Virus record (IMG/VR): IMGVR_UViG_3300044568_004364
DNA length: 64,000 bases
Origin: a virus
Strand: one strand, 5' to 3'
Shown: positions 50,868 to 60,473 of the stretch, piece after piece
Layout: each line of letters starts with the position of its first letter
Position numbering within the stretch: the stretch's first letter is position 1
Translations under genes and position numbers: made by a program
Notes under the pieces: model-generated
What the model was told of the DNA's origin: nothing
The model's input: the letters and a program-made list of their open reading frames with translations, nothing else
Database searches by the model: none

Positions 50868-51620
50868 TTATTTTGGAAGTGAATCTAGTGTATGCGCTTG
50901 TGTCTCCATGAATGTAACTGTTACAGTGGTTTCAAGTGGAGAACCGTCGGTATGCCACATATTGCTTGTACTGTTATATGCAGTTTGTACACCTGTTAAG
51001 AAGCAAGACCCAATCTTTGGAATATCCTCAATCTCAGGCGCTGAAACACCATCTGACTTACGAAAACTTATCTTCCATTTTGGAGGATATCGCAATTGAA
51101 AGAAGTCACCTTCAGGATATAAGCCAAGACGAAATTCATTTACAATACTTTTAATTGTATTTCTTTCCTTAGAGTTACGTGCAATAAGCTGAAATGCAAA
51201 ACTAAATGTGCGAGTATTTGTTGATGTAAATTCGGTTTGAATATTCTTATTGAGTGTTGTACCTGTACCAATACTAACTGCACTCTGCAATCCTTCACTT
51301 GCACCAGATAGTGCAGTTATACCTTGAATGATTGATCCTATACGTGCATTGCCTTCTGCCTTTGATACTGCAGCAGCTGCTTGCCCCATGACACCGGATA
51401 ATCCTGCACCTTCAGCAATTCGACCAGATAGTGAACTTATTGCACCACCGATAATACCAAGTTCCGTATTATTATAAGTAGACTCGTCACCAAATGTCAA
51501 TGAGCTTGGAATAGGCAAAGCAATAAGCTTGCTCGTTGCACGTGATTGACTGCCTTCACATTCAAACACTACAAACGGTCGCACTGTTAAATTTGCAACA
51601 TCGGACGGAAAAGTTAACAT
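50868..51620 (-). CDS. gp48: Baseplate tail tube cap (gp48-like)
   Basis: Probable start MLTFPS; RTFSFAFQLIARN..E...I..IV..FR, YPP, DGSP, TFME. Confidence 0.75.
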   Translation of the reverse strand: MLTFPSDVANLTVRPFVVFECEGSQSRATSKLIALPIPSSLTFGDESTYNNTELGIIGGAISSLSGRIAEGAGLSGVMGQAAAAVSKAEGNARIGSIIQGITALSGASEGLQSAVSIGTGTTLNKNIQTEFTSTNTRTFSFAFQLIARNSKERNTIKSIVNEFRLGLYPEGDFFQLRYPPKWKISFRKSDGVSAPEIEDIPKIGSCFLTGVQTAYNSTSNMWHTDGSPLETTVTVTFMETQAHTLDSLPK

Positions 51621-51633
51621 ATAATTATTTATA
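51620..51633. promoter_or_regulatory. Overlapping divergent late promoters
   Basis: TATAAATA on minus (51626-51633) and TATAATTA on plus (51620-51627), spanning a 12-bp intergenic gap. Confidence 0.55.
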
Positions 51634-52088
51634 TGAAGAAGGGTCAATATTATAAAGGTAAATACAGAGTTGTGCACAAGAACAAATATGAAGGCGACTA
51701 TAATGCAGTTTCATACCGCAGCCTGTGGGAGCGTCAGGTTTTTAGATGGTGTGATGATACCGCCGATGTGGTACGCTGGAGCAGTGAAGAGACAGTGATC
51801 GCATACCGCTGCAAAACTGATGGTAAACTTCATCGCTACTTTGTTGACCTTAAGATACAATTTAAAAATGGAGATACATATCTTATTGAGATTAAACCAA
51901 AAAAACAGACACAAGAACCTAAGCCGCGTCTTATAAAGTCACGCTCATACATTACAGAGGTAATGACATATGCGAAAAACATATCAAAATGGGAGGCAGC
52001 AACTGAATTTTGTACAGATCGTGGATGGCGCTTTCAAATATGGACGGAAGATATTATTAAAGGACTGGGTATTAAACTACTAACGTGA
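51633..52088 (+). CDS. gp4: Head completion nuclease
   Basis: YRSLWER, WSSEE, HRYFVD, LIEIKPKKQT, KWEAA. Confidence 0.93.
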   Translation: MKKGQYYKGKYRVVHKNKYEGDYNAVSYRSLWERQVFRWCDDTADVVRWSSEETVIAYRCKTDGKLHRYFVDLKIQFKNGDTYLIEIKPKKQTQEPKPRLIKSRSYITEVMTYAKNISKWEAATEFCTDRGWRFQIWTEDIIKGLGIKLLT

Positions 52089-52107
52089 CGCAATATAAAT
52101 AGTTTGT

Positions 52108-52692
52108 ATGGCATCTCTTTTTTCTAAAATACACGCACAAGCAGAACGTGCAGGAATAAAGTTACGCACTGTAGAGTCACGTAATTGGTTTTTACGCAAG
52201 ATACAATCAATGACAACCGTGACACCACGACGTGTATTGACGGATACTGCCCTTGAGACACGTAAGCGCCCGCTCATAGGGCGAATGTTTATGTTCTTGT
52301 ACGATCCTAAAGGTAAAGATACGCTTCCGCATTATGATCGCTTTCCTCTTATACTTATGGTTGGTCCAGCAAAGAAGGGTTTTTATGGACTTAACCTTCA
52401 TTACCTTCCTCCGCGTCAGCGTGCGATATTCTTTGACCGTCTGATGGATTATACAAACAATAAAAAGTATAATGAAACAACACGGTTTAGACTAACATAT
52501 GATATGCTTAACGGCATATCAAACCTACGCGCCTTTGCACCATGTTTTAAACACTACTTGTTTGAGCATGTTACATCAAAGACTGTGGAAGTTGCACCTA
52601 GCGAATGGGAGATTGCATTATTCTTGCCAACTGATAGTTTTGTTAAAGAATCAAATACATCCATCTGGAAGACAACACGTAAATTAGTATAA
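52108..52692 (+). CDS. gp2: DNA end protector protein
   Basis: YDPKGKDTLPHYDRFPL, GLNLHYL, CFKHYL; late promoter 52094-52101. Confidence 0.93.
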   Translation: MASLFSKIHAQAERAGIKLRTVESRNWFLRKIQSMTTVTPRRVLTDTALETRKRPLIGRMFMFLYDPKGKDTLPHYDRFPLILMVGPAKKGFYGLNLHYLPPRQRAIFFDRLMDYTNNKKYNETTRFRLTYDMLNGISNLRAFAPCFKHYLFEHVTSKTVEVAPSEWEIALFLPTDSFVKESNTSIWKTTRKLV

Positions 52693-52695
52693 CAT

Positions 52696-53277
52696 ATGTC
52701 ATCAATAAACGACTTTAAAAACGCAATTGCAATAAACGGTGGGTTTGCGCGCCCAAATCGTTTTGAGGTTTCAATTACTGACATCCCAGGTTTTAATGAA
52801 AATATTGAATCTTTACGTGACCTATCATTTATGTGTGATAGTGTAACAATCCCAGGTAAGCAAATCACTACTCTTGATTACGAAATATCAACACGTCGTG
52901 CACTAAAGATACCAACTGGATTTGTCGACGATGACGTTACTCTAACATTTAACCTGACAAATAATTACATTGCAAAGCGAGCGTTTGACGCATGGACAAA
53001 TTATATTATAGGAGTAAATAGTTACCTAACACGTTATCATGATGAATACACACGCAATATAGTTATTAAACAGCTCGATGACCAGGACAGAGAAACATAT
53101 AGTGTCTTACTGCAACGTGCATACCCATATCAAATACAGAGTGTGGAATTAAGTCATGAAAATGAATCAAGCATTCAAAAAGTGAGTGTGACTCTAACAT
53201 GTGATCGCGTGATACCACGCTTTAAAGATAATATTCCAGATGGTATTGTAATTGTTGGACCTCTTACATCAATCTAA
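52696..53277 (+). CDS. Tail-tube-like baseplate tube initiator (gp54-like)
   Basis: GFARPNRFEV, CDSVTIPG, IKQLD, AYP; tail tube fold. Confidence 0.7.
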   Translation: MSSINDFKNAIAINGGFARPNRFEVSITDIPGFNENIESLRDLSFMCDSVTIPGKQITTLDYEISTRRALKIPTGFVDDDVTLTFNLTNNYIAKRAFDAWTNYIIGVNSYLTRYHDEYTRNIVIKQLDDQDRETYSVLLQRAYPYQIQSVELSHENESSIQKVSVTLTCDRVIPRFKDNIPDGIVIVGPLTSI

Positions 53278-53313
53278 TGGGATAAATAACTAAAACTATA
53301 TTATACTAACATT

Positions 53314-54024
53314 ATGGCATTACCAGTACTAACAGCACCAAAATACACGTTGACCGTTCCGTCAACTCAGCAGACAATTGAATATCGTCCATTCCTTGTC
53401 AAGGAAGAAAAGATTCTTTTGCTTGCACAAGAGTCAAACGACCAAAAGGAAATTATGAGCGCAATACGTGATGTTGTTGAGACGTGTACATACGGAACAG
53501 TTAAAGCAAACCTTTTAACATCATTTGACCTTGAATATATTTTCTTAAAGCTGCGCGCAAAGAGCGTAGGTGAAATTGTAAATATTAAATGTAAATGCGC
53601 ATCATGTGAAACATATAATCCAGTAGAAGTTAACCTAGACACGGTTGAAGTCACATGGCCGAGCACAAAGGTGGATAACAAGATTATGTTAACCGATAAG
53701 GTTGGAATTGTCCTACGCCATATATCAGTTGATGACCTAAATAAAATTGGCTTGGGCGAAAACGTACATGTTGAAACAGTTACCAACATGATTATTGCAT
53801 CTATTGAATCAATCTTTGATGATAGCGCTGTATATCCTGCAGCTCAAAGTTCACAAGCTGAATTAAAAGAATTTGTAAATTCACTGAGTCGCTCTCAAGT
53901 ATCTAAGATTGAGGCATATATCGAAAACGCTCCAAAGTTGCAACATGAAATACGCTTTGTATGTGCGCAATGCAAAACAGATAACTCTCAGGTCTTAACT
54001 GGAACACAATCTTTTTTCGCCTAG
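53314..54024 (+). CDS. gp26: Baseplate hub assembly chaperone
   Basis: MALPVL..PKY, YRPFLVKEEKILL, FDLEYIFLKLRAKSVGE, ends SFF. Confidence 0.92.
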   Translation: MALPVLTAPKYTLTVPSTQQTIEYRPFLVKEEKILLLAQESNDQKEIMSAIRDVVETCTYGTVKANLLTSFDLEYIFLKLRAKSVGEIVNIKCKCASCETYNPVEVNLDTVEVTWPSTKVDNKIMLTDKVGIVLRHISVDDLNKIGLGENVHVETVTNMIIASIESIFDDSAVYPAAQSSQAELKEFVNSLSRSQVSKIEAYIENAPKLQHEIRFVCAQCKTDNSQVLTGTQSFFA

Positions 54025-54194
54025 CCCTCTCGCATGATTCTCTGACAAACTATTATCAAACAAACTTTTCACTAATGCAACATCACAAGTATAGTTTGTC
54101 AGAGCTAGAAACCATGTTACCGTGGGAGAGGGAAATTTATATATCGATGTTATTAAATTACATTAAAGAAGAAGAACAACGCAATAAGAAATGA
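54018..54194 (+). CDS. gp51: gp51-like hub assembly catalyst, probably expressed as a -1 frameshift extension of gp26 (first ATG at 54075)
   Basis: RLALSHDSLTNYYQTNFSLMQHHKYSLSELETMLPWEREIYISMLL; slippery T TTT TTC at 54012-54018. Confidence 0.75.
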   Translation, partial: RLALSHDSLTNYYQTNFSLMQHHKYSLSELETMLPWEREIYISMLLNYIKEEEQRNKK

Positions 54195-55873
54195 ACAACG
54201 GATCACTTGAAACTGTCATAGAAGAATTACGCACCGCAAACACTTCAGCTGATTTGATGCTGGATAATGTTGATACGCTTAACAATCTACGGCTATTGAC
54301 GATTGATATGATTGGGCGGTTTGACATGCTTATAGAGTCAAATGTTAATCTTGGAGAAATCCTACAAGGGAATCGGCTGCAAGAACGAGAAGATCGTGCC
54401 GAATTACTTGCTGCATTACGCGGACGAGGCGGTGGCGAAGAACGAACAGTTCCAGCATCAAGCCCACGAAGTGGCGGTGGTAACCTTGGAATATTTGGCA
54501 CCATAGCAGCAATTGGTGCTGGTATGGTTGGATTTGTAGCTGGCTTCCTAAAAGAATTTAAAGGTATATTAACCAAACCACTAAAACTACTGCGTGAGTC
54601 AAAGACTGGCCAAGCTGTCAAAAATTTATTTACACGCATTGGAAGTTTCTTTGATGATATAATAACACGCTTTAAGAATAACAGTATAGTGCGAAAAATT
54701 ACAGGAGTCTTCGATGCAATTGGCGATCTTGTAACAAAATTTAAAGGCAGTAGTTTATTTAAAGGCTTATCTACATTCCTAGGTAAGATCAAATCTTTCT
54801 TTAACATATTTTCAAATTCTCCAATTGTTAAAGTTGTAGGCGGTGTCTTTGATGTTGCCAAAAAATTATTTGGTGTATTTGGAAATGTATTTAATGGTAT
54901 CAAGTCTGGCTTTAGCACTGGTGCAAAATTAGGAGGTACACTTGGAAAGTTACTTAAAGGAGTTGGTCGATTACTTGTAGGACTAGGTAAAATATTTGGG
55001 TTACCGCTTACAATTATTTTAGGTATCTATGGAGCAATCACTGGATTTATAAGTGGCTTTAAAGAAGGCGGTATCATTGGTGGTATTAAAGGAGCACTGG
55101 TTGGGGTGTTTGATTCAATCATTGGCGGTCTTCTCGATTTAATAAAGGACGGCATATCATGGGTTGCTGGCGCACTTGGTTTTGAAAATGTTGAAAAGGC
55201 GCTTGATAGTTTTTCGTTCACTGGCTTATTTAAACAATTTTTAGATTTTACCTTTGGCATTGCTGAAACTATTGGTGAATTTATTGGATCAGTATTTAGT
55301 AACATTATAGATTTCTTTTCAACGCTACCACTTAAAATTGGACAATTTTTTATTGACGCAATGGATGGCGCAATTGAATTGTTTAGCAGCGTGGGTGATA
55401 CTATATCTGAGTTTCATAAGAAAATATTACGCGCTATACTACCAGATCCAAATGTTAAGCGTGCGTGGTATGATCCGATTGGTATGATCCAAGGTGTGAT
55501 ACCAGATGCGGTATACAAATATGCATTTGGCTCAGCACCAGCAGAAATTTCAGTTGATAAAATGGAAACTGCTAAGGCCTCAGGCGATTTTTCAGCTTTA
55601 AGCAATGATGAAAAGGGAAAAGCCGCAGGATACAATTCTTTCCAAGAATATAAAGATTCTGGTTACCAATTTAAAGAAAACATGCAGAGCATTCCAAGTA
55701 CAACTGGAGCAGCGCTAAAAGCTGCCGGTGCAAGTGTATCAGGCAATTCTACAGTGGTTGTGAATAATAATAACGGTGGAAATGTTAGTAACGTGCGCAG
55801 CAGTAATGTAAATAATAATGCGCCTGCAATGAGTCCAATTATGAGCGCGAGTGGTATGGCATTTAGTTACTAA
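54191..55873 (+). CDS. Tape measure-like protein
   Basis: Gly/Phe/Lys amphipathic helical repeats; follows gp26/gp51. Confidence 0.7.
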   Translation: MNNGSLETVIEELRTANTSADLMLDNVDTLNNLRLLTIDMIGRFDMLIESNVNLGEILQGNRLQEREDRAELLAALRGRGGGEERTVPASSPRSGGGNLGIFGTIAAIGAGMVGFVAGFLKEFKGILTKPLKLLRESKTGQAVKNLFTRIGSFFDDIITRFKNNSIVRKITGVFDAIGDLVTKFKGSSLFKGLSTFLGKIKSFFNIFSNSPIVKVVGGVFDVAKKLFGVFGNVFNGIKSGFSTGAKLGGTLGKLLKGVGRLLVGLGKIFGLPLTIILGIYGAITGFISGFKEGGIIGGIKGALVGVFDSIIGGLLDLIKDGISWVAGALGFENVEKALDSFSFTGLFKQFLDFTFGIAETIGEFIGSVFSNIIDFFSTLPLKIGQFFIDAMDGAIELFSSVGDTISEFHKKILRAILPDPNVKRAWYDPIGMIQGVIPDAVYKYAFGSAPAEISVDKMETAKASGDFSALSNDEKGKAAGYNSFQEYKDSGYQFKENMQSIPSTTGAALKAAGASVSGNSTVVVNNNNGGNVSNVRSSNVNNNAPAMSPIMSASGMAFSY

Positions 55874-56138
55874 CTGCACCATAGATTATATCAGCAAATT
55901 GGTCAACGCTCTTTACTCCAAAGAAGCTGTGTAAGATGTTGCCGCGTATGCCATAACAAAGCGTATGTGGTATACCCTCTATCTTATGTTGAAATGCTAA
56001 CGGTAAATTCTCTTCACGATCAACGTCAATGACTTCAAGTTGTGCTGGTGTGCGCATACAATACTCTTCTAGTGTATCAAGATGCCGCCTACAGTCAATG
56101 CAATTTAAATATGTAAATACTCGTATTAAGAATATCAT
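55863..56138 (-). CDS. Thioredoxin/glutaredoxin-like protein
   Basis: CIDC active-site motif, IEGIP cis-Pro motif. Confidence 0.75.
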   Translation of the reverse strand: MIFLIRVFTYLNCIDCRRHLDTLEEYCMRTPAQLEVIDVDREENLPLAFQHKIEGIPHTLCYGIRGNILHSFFGVKSVDQFADIIYGAVSN

Positions 56139-56150
56139 AAAATATATATC

Positions 56151-56185
56151 AAAAAAAGGGAGATGGCATATAAACCATCTCCCTT
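56151..56185 (-). terminator. Rho-independent terminator after gp32
   Basis: AAGGGAGATGG/CCATCTCCCTT stem plus T-tract on the minus strand. Confidence 0.85.
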
Positions 56186-56207
56186 GTGCGTTATAGTTTT
56201 AAGGTGT

Positions 56208-57122
56208 TTAGCCTTGTGCTAGTTTTGCAAAGTAACTCAACGAGTCATCATTGTCATCGTCATCACTGGTGCTTAGAGCCGGAGCGGGCGCTTCAGTATA
56301 AGCGGGTGTTGCTTCAGCGGTCTTACCAACTGATGCTGCACGCTCATTGATGCTGTGTTCCTCAGTAAGCGAACCACCAATTGCATCAGCACCAAGTACC
56401 TCAACGAGCTTGCGTTTAAGGTCACCATAGCTCTTGTAATTTGCAGGATCAATAAAATCCTTGAGCGAAAACAGTTGATTATATACACGTTCTAATTTAG
56501 CTTCATCTCCGCCAAAGAGTTCAGATGTATTTTCAAATTCGCTCTTATCATAATTACGATATCCTTCAAAGTTGCGAATCTTCAACTTAAAGTTTGCGCC
56601 GCCCCAGAAGTCAAACGGATTCACTGGTGTTTCATCCTGAAATTGTGGCTGCATAATATCCATAATCTTATCAAAGATTTTCTTACCAAATTTGTATAAG
56701 AATACCTTACCTTCATTATCTGGATTTGCAGGATCAGAGACTACAAGAATGTTGCTTACATAGTGCAGGCGACGTTTACGCTCACGCGCAATTTCTTTAT
56801 CCTTTTCATTTCCGCTGTTCCAGAGAATGCTATTAATTTCAGCAACAGGGTCTGGTTGACCGATACTCGTAAGCGAGTTTTCAATATACCAACGGCCTGT
56901 TGGACCTTTGAAACCGTGGTCCCAAAAGCGAACCCATGGGAGATCCTCGCCTTCTTTAGCAGAAAGGAAACGAATAATTGCGTAACCATTACCTGCTTTA
57001 TCAACAGCGGGTGCCCAAAGGCGATCATCACCATAAGTTTTTGGTGATCCGATTTTTTCTGCAGCTTCAACGAGTTTATTAATTGAGGCTGTACGATTTT
57101 GTTTTAGTTTATCAAACGACAT
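56208..57122 (-). CDS. gp32: Single-stranded DNA-binding protein
   Basis: DKAGNGYAIIRFL, WYIENSLTSIG, EGKVFLYKFGKKIFDKI, RNYDKSEF, acidic tail LSYFAKLA. Confidence 0.97.
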   Translation of the reverse strand: MSFDKLKQNRTASINKLVEAAEKIGSPKTYGDDRLWAPAVDKAGNGYAIIRFLSAKEGEDLPWVRFWDHGFKGPTGRWYIENSLTSIGQPDPVAEINSILWNSGNEKDKEIARERKRRLHYVSNILVVSDPANPDNEGKVFLYKFGKKIFDKIMDIMQPQFQDETPVNPFDFWGGANFKLKIRNFEGYRNYDKSEFENTSELFGGDEAKLERVYNQLFSLKDFIDPANYKSYGDLKRKLVEVLGADAIGGSLTEEHSINERAASVGKTAEATPAYTEAPAPALSTSDDDDNDDSLSYFAKLAQG

Positions 57123-57180
57123 ATGTTTAGTATTACAGTGTATTGTTTTTGTTTTGCGTTGTATTATATCAACAAGATTT

Positions 57181-57209
57181 ATTATATCATAAAGAGTATG
57201 CTATGTAAA
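57181..57209 (-). promoter_or_regulatory. Sigma70-type early promoter (gp32)
   Basis: TTTACA-17bp-TATAAT; a late TATAAATA also lies at 57251-57258. Confidence 0.8.
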
Positions 57210-57264
57210 TAGTATTCTTTAAAAATTTAATATTAGTTGCTGATAGAAATTATTTATATACTCA

Positions 57265-57870
57265 TTAAGATGTGTATATTTTAATGACAGCGTCTCGTGC
57301 GCTTTGGATGTTTATTTTAGGTGCAACGAAAGGGCGGTATCGTTTTACTTTATGAAGGAATTCACTTAAGATACCCAATGGATCAGAAGATGTCTTACCT
57401 AGACGTGAGCTGTAATCACAGAGCAAGTCTAATATTGTTACGCTCTCAAAGGATAGTGTACCATTGGCATAGCGTGTATATATTTGCGGAAACCCGTCGC
57501 CGCTCTCAAATAGAGAGTCAAACGGAGTTGTCGCGCAAGCACCCAATTCATTCTTAAAGTTATATTGCAATGCTTGTAGTTTACTCTGCCATAGCAAATA
57601 TACTTCAGGCGACATATCTCCAATCCAACCCTTACCAGCCAATATATTTGCAGTAAAGAAGCCGATGCAATCACCTCGCTTTGAATAATTGCGTGCAATC
57701 TTTTCATAAAAGAAACGATCTTTACGCGCGAGGAATGAAGATTGCTTTAAGCGTGGTCCTTTAAAGTTAAACTTAAAGGCATCATAACTGCCAGCGGAAA
57801 AATGTAGGCGGCATGCTGTACCTATACTCCATGCATCAAATGGTGATACTTTATTGTCTGCGGCAATCAT
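57265..57870 (-). CDS. gp59: Helicase loader
   Basis: LHF..SYDAFKF, SFLARKDRFFYEKI, WIGD; synteny gp33-gp59-gp32. Confidence 0.88.
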   Translation of the reverse strand: MIAADNKVSPFDAWSIGTACRLHFSAGSYDAFKFNFKGPRLKQSSFLARKDRFFYEKIARNYSKRGDCIGFFTANILAGKGWIGDMSPEVYLLWQSKLQALQYNFKNELGACATTPFDSLFESGDGFPQIYTRYANGTLSFESVTILDLLCDYSSRLGKTSSDPLGILSEFLHKVKRYRPFVAPKINIQSARDAVIKIYTS

Positions 57871-58109
57871 TAAAATAAGGAAGCTGACGATTTTGGTAAT
57901 AGGTTAACGCGTTGTGATTCAGCTTCCAACTTTTCTTTTAGACTTCCAGTTACGAGTTTTGCAACCTCATCAACTTCAATTCCTTTACCGTCACAATAGT
58001 GTACAATAGCTTCTAGATAACCCATATCATAACGGTTAACACGGCTTTCAACCTCAAGCGCAAATTCTTGTTTGGTGAGGATCTTAATTGGTATTTCTTT
58101 TTCTGACAT
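57870..58109 (-). CDS. gp33: Late transcription coactivator
   Basis: F..EVE, YLEAIVHYC, SLKEKLEAE..VNLL; probable start MSEKEIP. Confidence 0.88.
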   Translation of the reverse strand: MSEKEIPIKILTKQEFALEVESRVNRYDMGYLEAIVHYCDGKGIEVDEVAKLVTGSLKEKLEAESQRVNLLPKSSASLF

Positions 58110-58110
58110 A

Positions 58111-59328
58111 TTAGATTTTTGTTTCAATTACTTTAAGGATGACTGTTTGTTCGTTCACGCGTCCATTAACTTTCTTACGTGTAGATTTGATGGTCTGCAA
58201 GACCTTTTCAATTGCGGCGGTCTTTGCAGTTAATAGTTGTGTAAGCGTCTCTTTTGGTTTACGTAAGGTGCAAGCATAGCTGCGTGTCACGTCATAATCT
58301 TTAAGAGATGTACCTTTAACCTCAAATCCCTTGGTACTGTTGGCAAAGTATACGCCTAAGTTACGTGTCTTTGTATTAAATAATAGGACGCATTGTGCAG
58401 TTGGAACGCGTGTTGGCGATACACTATCGAGATTCCAATCTGAAGAATTCATCTGATATTTAAGACGCGATACTTGTTTTGTTGCATCCTTAACTTTTTT
58501 GGTACGCGGCTTGCGGCTTGCATTGCGCATCTTACCATGAGCTGCAATATCAGCTGCCATGACCTCAAGATTCTTTACAATCTTTTTAAGTTCTGGGCGT
58601 GAATAGCATGAATACCCTTGTACCAATTGCGGATCTTCACGATTTAATGCACCTGCAAATTCTGAGTGTTGACGCTCGCACCAATCAAGAATAGGTTTAC
58701 AACCTTGCGCGGGAATCTTGAGATCACGCAGTAGCGATGCCATGTTAATTGTAACTGCTCCTGTCTTGGTATTACCCCAGCTCTCCAAACACTCCTCAAG
58801 TTGTGGTAAGACTTCTTTTTGTACACGCTCACGAATACGATCCAATGGGCAAATCTTTGCTTTAAGTGGCGTGACTGTTGCAGTTGCTGCTTCATATTTG
58901 CTGTCAGTAATATTTTGTAATGCATTGCGTATCTCTAGATGGACTAGTGTAGCATCATCTTTTGCAACTGGTGGAGTCTCATGAAATGGTAGTTCATTAA
59001 AATAATCTTGTGCGCTTGGATGTAAACTTGGCATGCCACGATCCATGCAACGGATTAACTTGCCTACAGTTGTAGGGAGTGCATGTGGTGGTGCATCTTT
59101 AATTGCAGCCGTTTGGTCTTTTGTATAACCATGACGTTTCATCCAATCCAATACACCTGGGCGCAAGTCGCTTGCATCTAAATAATAATTATAGAAATTT
59201 AATGCGCGTGAACGCATCTTGAAGAAACGCTCAACGTCCCATGTTTCCCAGCCGTGCCATTCAATTTCTTCGCCTGTCCATTTTGAATCTGGCGTAATTA
59301 CTCGCCCTGCTTTAAATACATTGTTCAT
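58111..59328 (-). CDS. Conserved hypothetical protein of T4-like phages
   Basis: ALNFYNYY, RKPR.KK, FNTKTR.L, VKGTS, TLRKP, NGR.NE. Confidence 0.75.
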   Translation of the reverse strand: MNNVFKAGRVITPDSKWTGEEIEWHGWETWDVERFFKMRSRALNFYNYYLDASDLRPGVLDWMKRHGYTKDQTAAIKDAPPHALPTTVGKLIRCMDRGMPSLHPSAQDYFNELPFHETPPVAKDDATLVHLEIRNALQNITDSKYEAATATVTPLKAKICPLDRIRERVQKEVLPQLEECLESWGNTKTGAVTINMASLLRDLKIPAQGCKPILDWCERQHSEFAGALNREDPQLVQGYSCYSRPELKKIVKNLEVMAADIAAHGKMRNASRKPRTKKVKDATKQVSRLKYQMNSSDWNLDSVSPTRVPTAQCVLLFNTKTRNLGVYFANSTKGFEVKGTSLKDYDVTRSYACTLRKPKETLTQLLTAKTAAIEKVLQTIKSTRKKVNGRVNEQTVILKVIETKI

Positions 59329-59582
59329 ACGCTTAATAATTTGGTTACACTAGATACTTTAAAACTGCGCCAATCTTCATTCACGAGGTCATAAGCACGG
59401 ACAATATCAGGATTTTCAATTCGAGGTTTTATTGCTGCTGTTGCCGAAGGAATATACTCTGGCATAAGTTCCTTATACAGCGTACATTTAAGTTCACGGC
59501 TTTCGCCATTAGTTTTTGTAAACCATACGGTGGCTGCTCCAGCTCTTAAGACCTCGAGTATATTTTCTCTAGTGTGATTCAT
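59325..59582 (-). CDS. SH3/WYL-like beta-barrel protein (DUF2693-like)
   Basis: FTKTNGESRELKCTL, DL...DWRSF. Confidence 0.7.
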   Translation of the reverse strand: MNHTRENILEVLRAGAATVWFTKTNGESRELKCTLYKELMPEYIPSATAAIKPRIENPDIVRAYDLVNEDWRSFKVSSVTKLLSV

Positions 59583-59606
59583 AATATATATTTTCTTTAC
59601 GTTCTA

Positions 59607-59635
59607 ATTTTATCAGGAAACTCTTACATTGTAAA
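59607..59635 (-). promoter_or_regulatory. Sigma70-type early promoter
   Basis: TTTACA-17bp-TAAAAT. Confidence 0.75.
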
Positions 59636-59643
59636 TAATAAAG

Positions 59644-60246
59644 TTACAATTGTGGGATATCAGCTCTTAAGTATTTAAAGAGAGCTAGTGTTTGCGCAAT
59701 ATCATAACTTGCATCATGCGCACGTGAATCATCCCATCCTAGTTCAGCGCACTTGCATAGCGTCTCTAGTCTAAAGTTAGGCAGCGCACCACGTACACGC
59801 ATTGTCATCCAAGCTGCAGCCTGCATTACGCAAATAGGTGGATTCCAAAACCAACTCCCAAAGAAAGAGTCGCCATTCTTTTTGAAAAACTCACGCATAA
59901 AGTCTGCATCAAATTTAGCATTATATGCAACAAAATGCAACTTGTCGGCCTTATTATATTTGTCACAATGACGCGATAAGAATCCAACAAATTGACGATA
60001 TGCATCAGGCGCTTTAAGCTGTAGATTATCGAGTGTGTCCGCGGTCATGCCTGTCTTTTGCAATGCTTCGGGCGCAACATGCTCCATCGAGAGCGGTGTG
60101 AACCTCAAGTCAATACGATCAATTTCTTCATATTTCTCATCGGTTACAATTGCACAAATTTGAAAAATGTTATTATTTTCAAAGTCTGTACCTGTAGTTT
60201 CAACGTCTAGGAAGACGCTCTTATAGCCATTATATAGTGTACTCAT
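59644..60246 (-). CDS. DEDDh 3'-5' exonuclease (DnaQ-like)
   Basis: DVETTG, AYNAKFD, AHDASYD. Confidence 0.88.
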   Translation of the reverse strand: MSTLYNGYKSVFLDVETTGTDFENNNIFQICAIVTDEKYEEIDRIDLRFTPLSMEHVAPEALQKTGMTADTLDNLQLKAPDAYRQFVGFLSRHCDKYNKADKLHFVAYNAKFDADFMREFFKKNGDSFFGSWFWNPPICVMQAAAWMTMRVRGALPNFRLETLCKCAELGWDDSRAHDASYDIAQTLALFKYLRADIPQL

Positions 60247-60251
60247 AAAAT

Positions 60252-60473
60252 TTAATAATGTAAAATGTAAGGCATACCATCTCCGCCAGTGACAAGACGA
60301 CCATTATACGGAAGTGCAGGACGCGGATCAAATCCATGACCGTATGGTGTCACTTGTGCAGAAGGCATCCGATGTGGATATGTTGCAGCGCTATAGCTTT
60401 GACGATAGGGAACGGCGGACGGCTCACATGAAGATAGCGCTGCCACAAGTAATATGTATAGGTATCGTTTCAT
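60252..60473 (-). CDS. Putative lipoprotein
   Basis: MKRYLYILLVAALSSC signal peptide with lipobox; Pro-rich mature part. Confidence 0.6.
   Translation of the reverse strand: MKRYLYILLVAALSSCEPSAVPYRQSYSAATYPHRMPSAQVTPYGHGFDPRPALPYNGRLVTGGDGMPYILHY

Noticed and set aside
54163-54918. 251-aa minus-strand ORF
   Set aside because: Antisense shadow of the tape measure gene.
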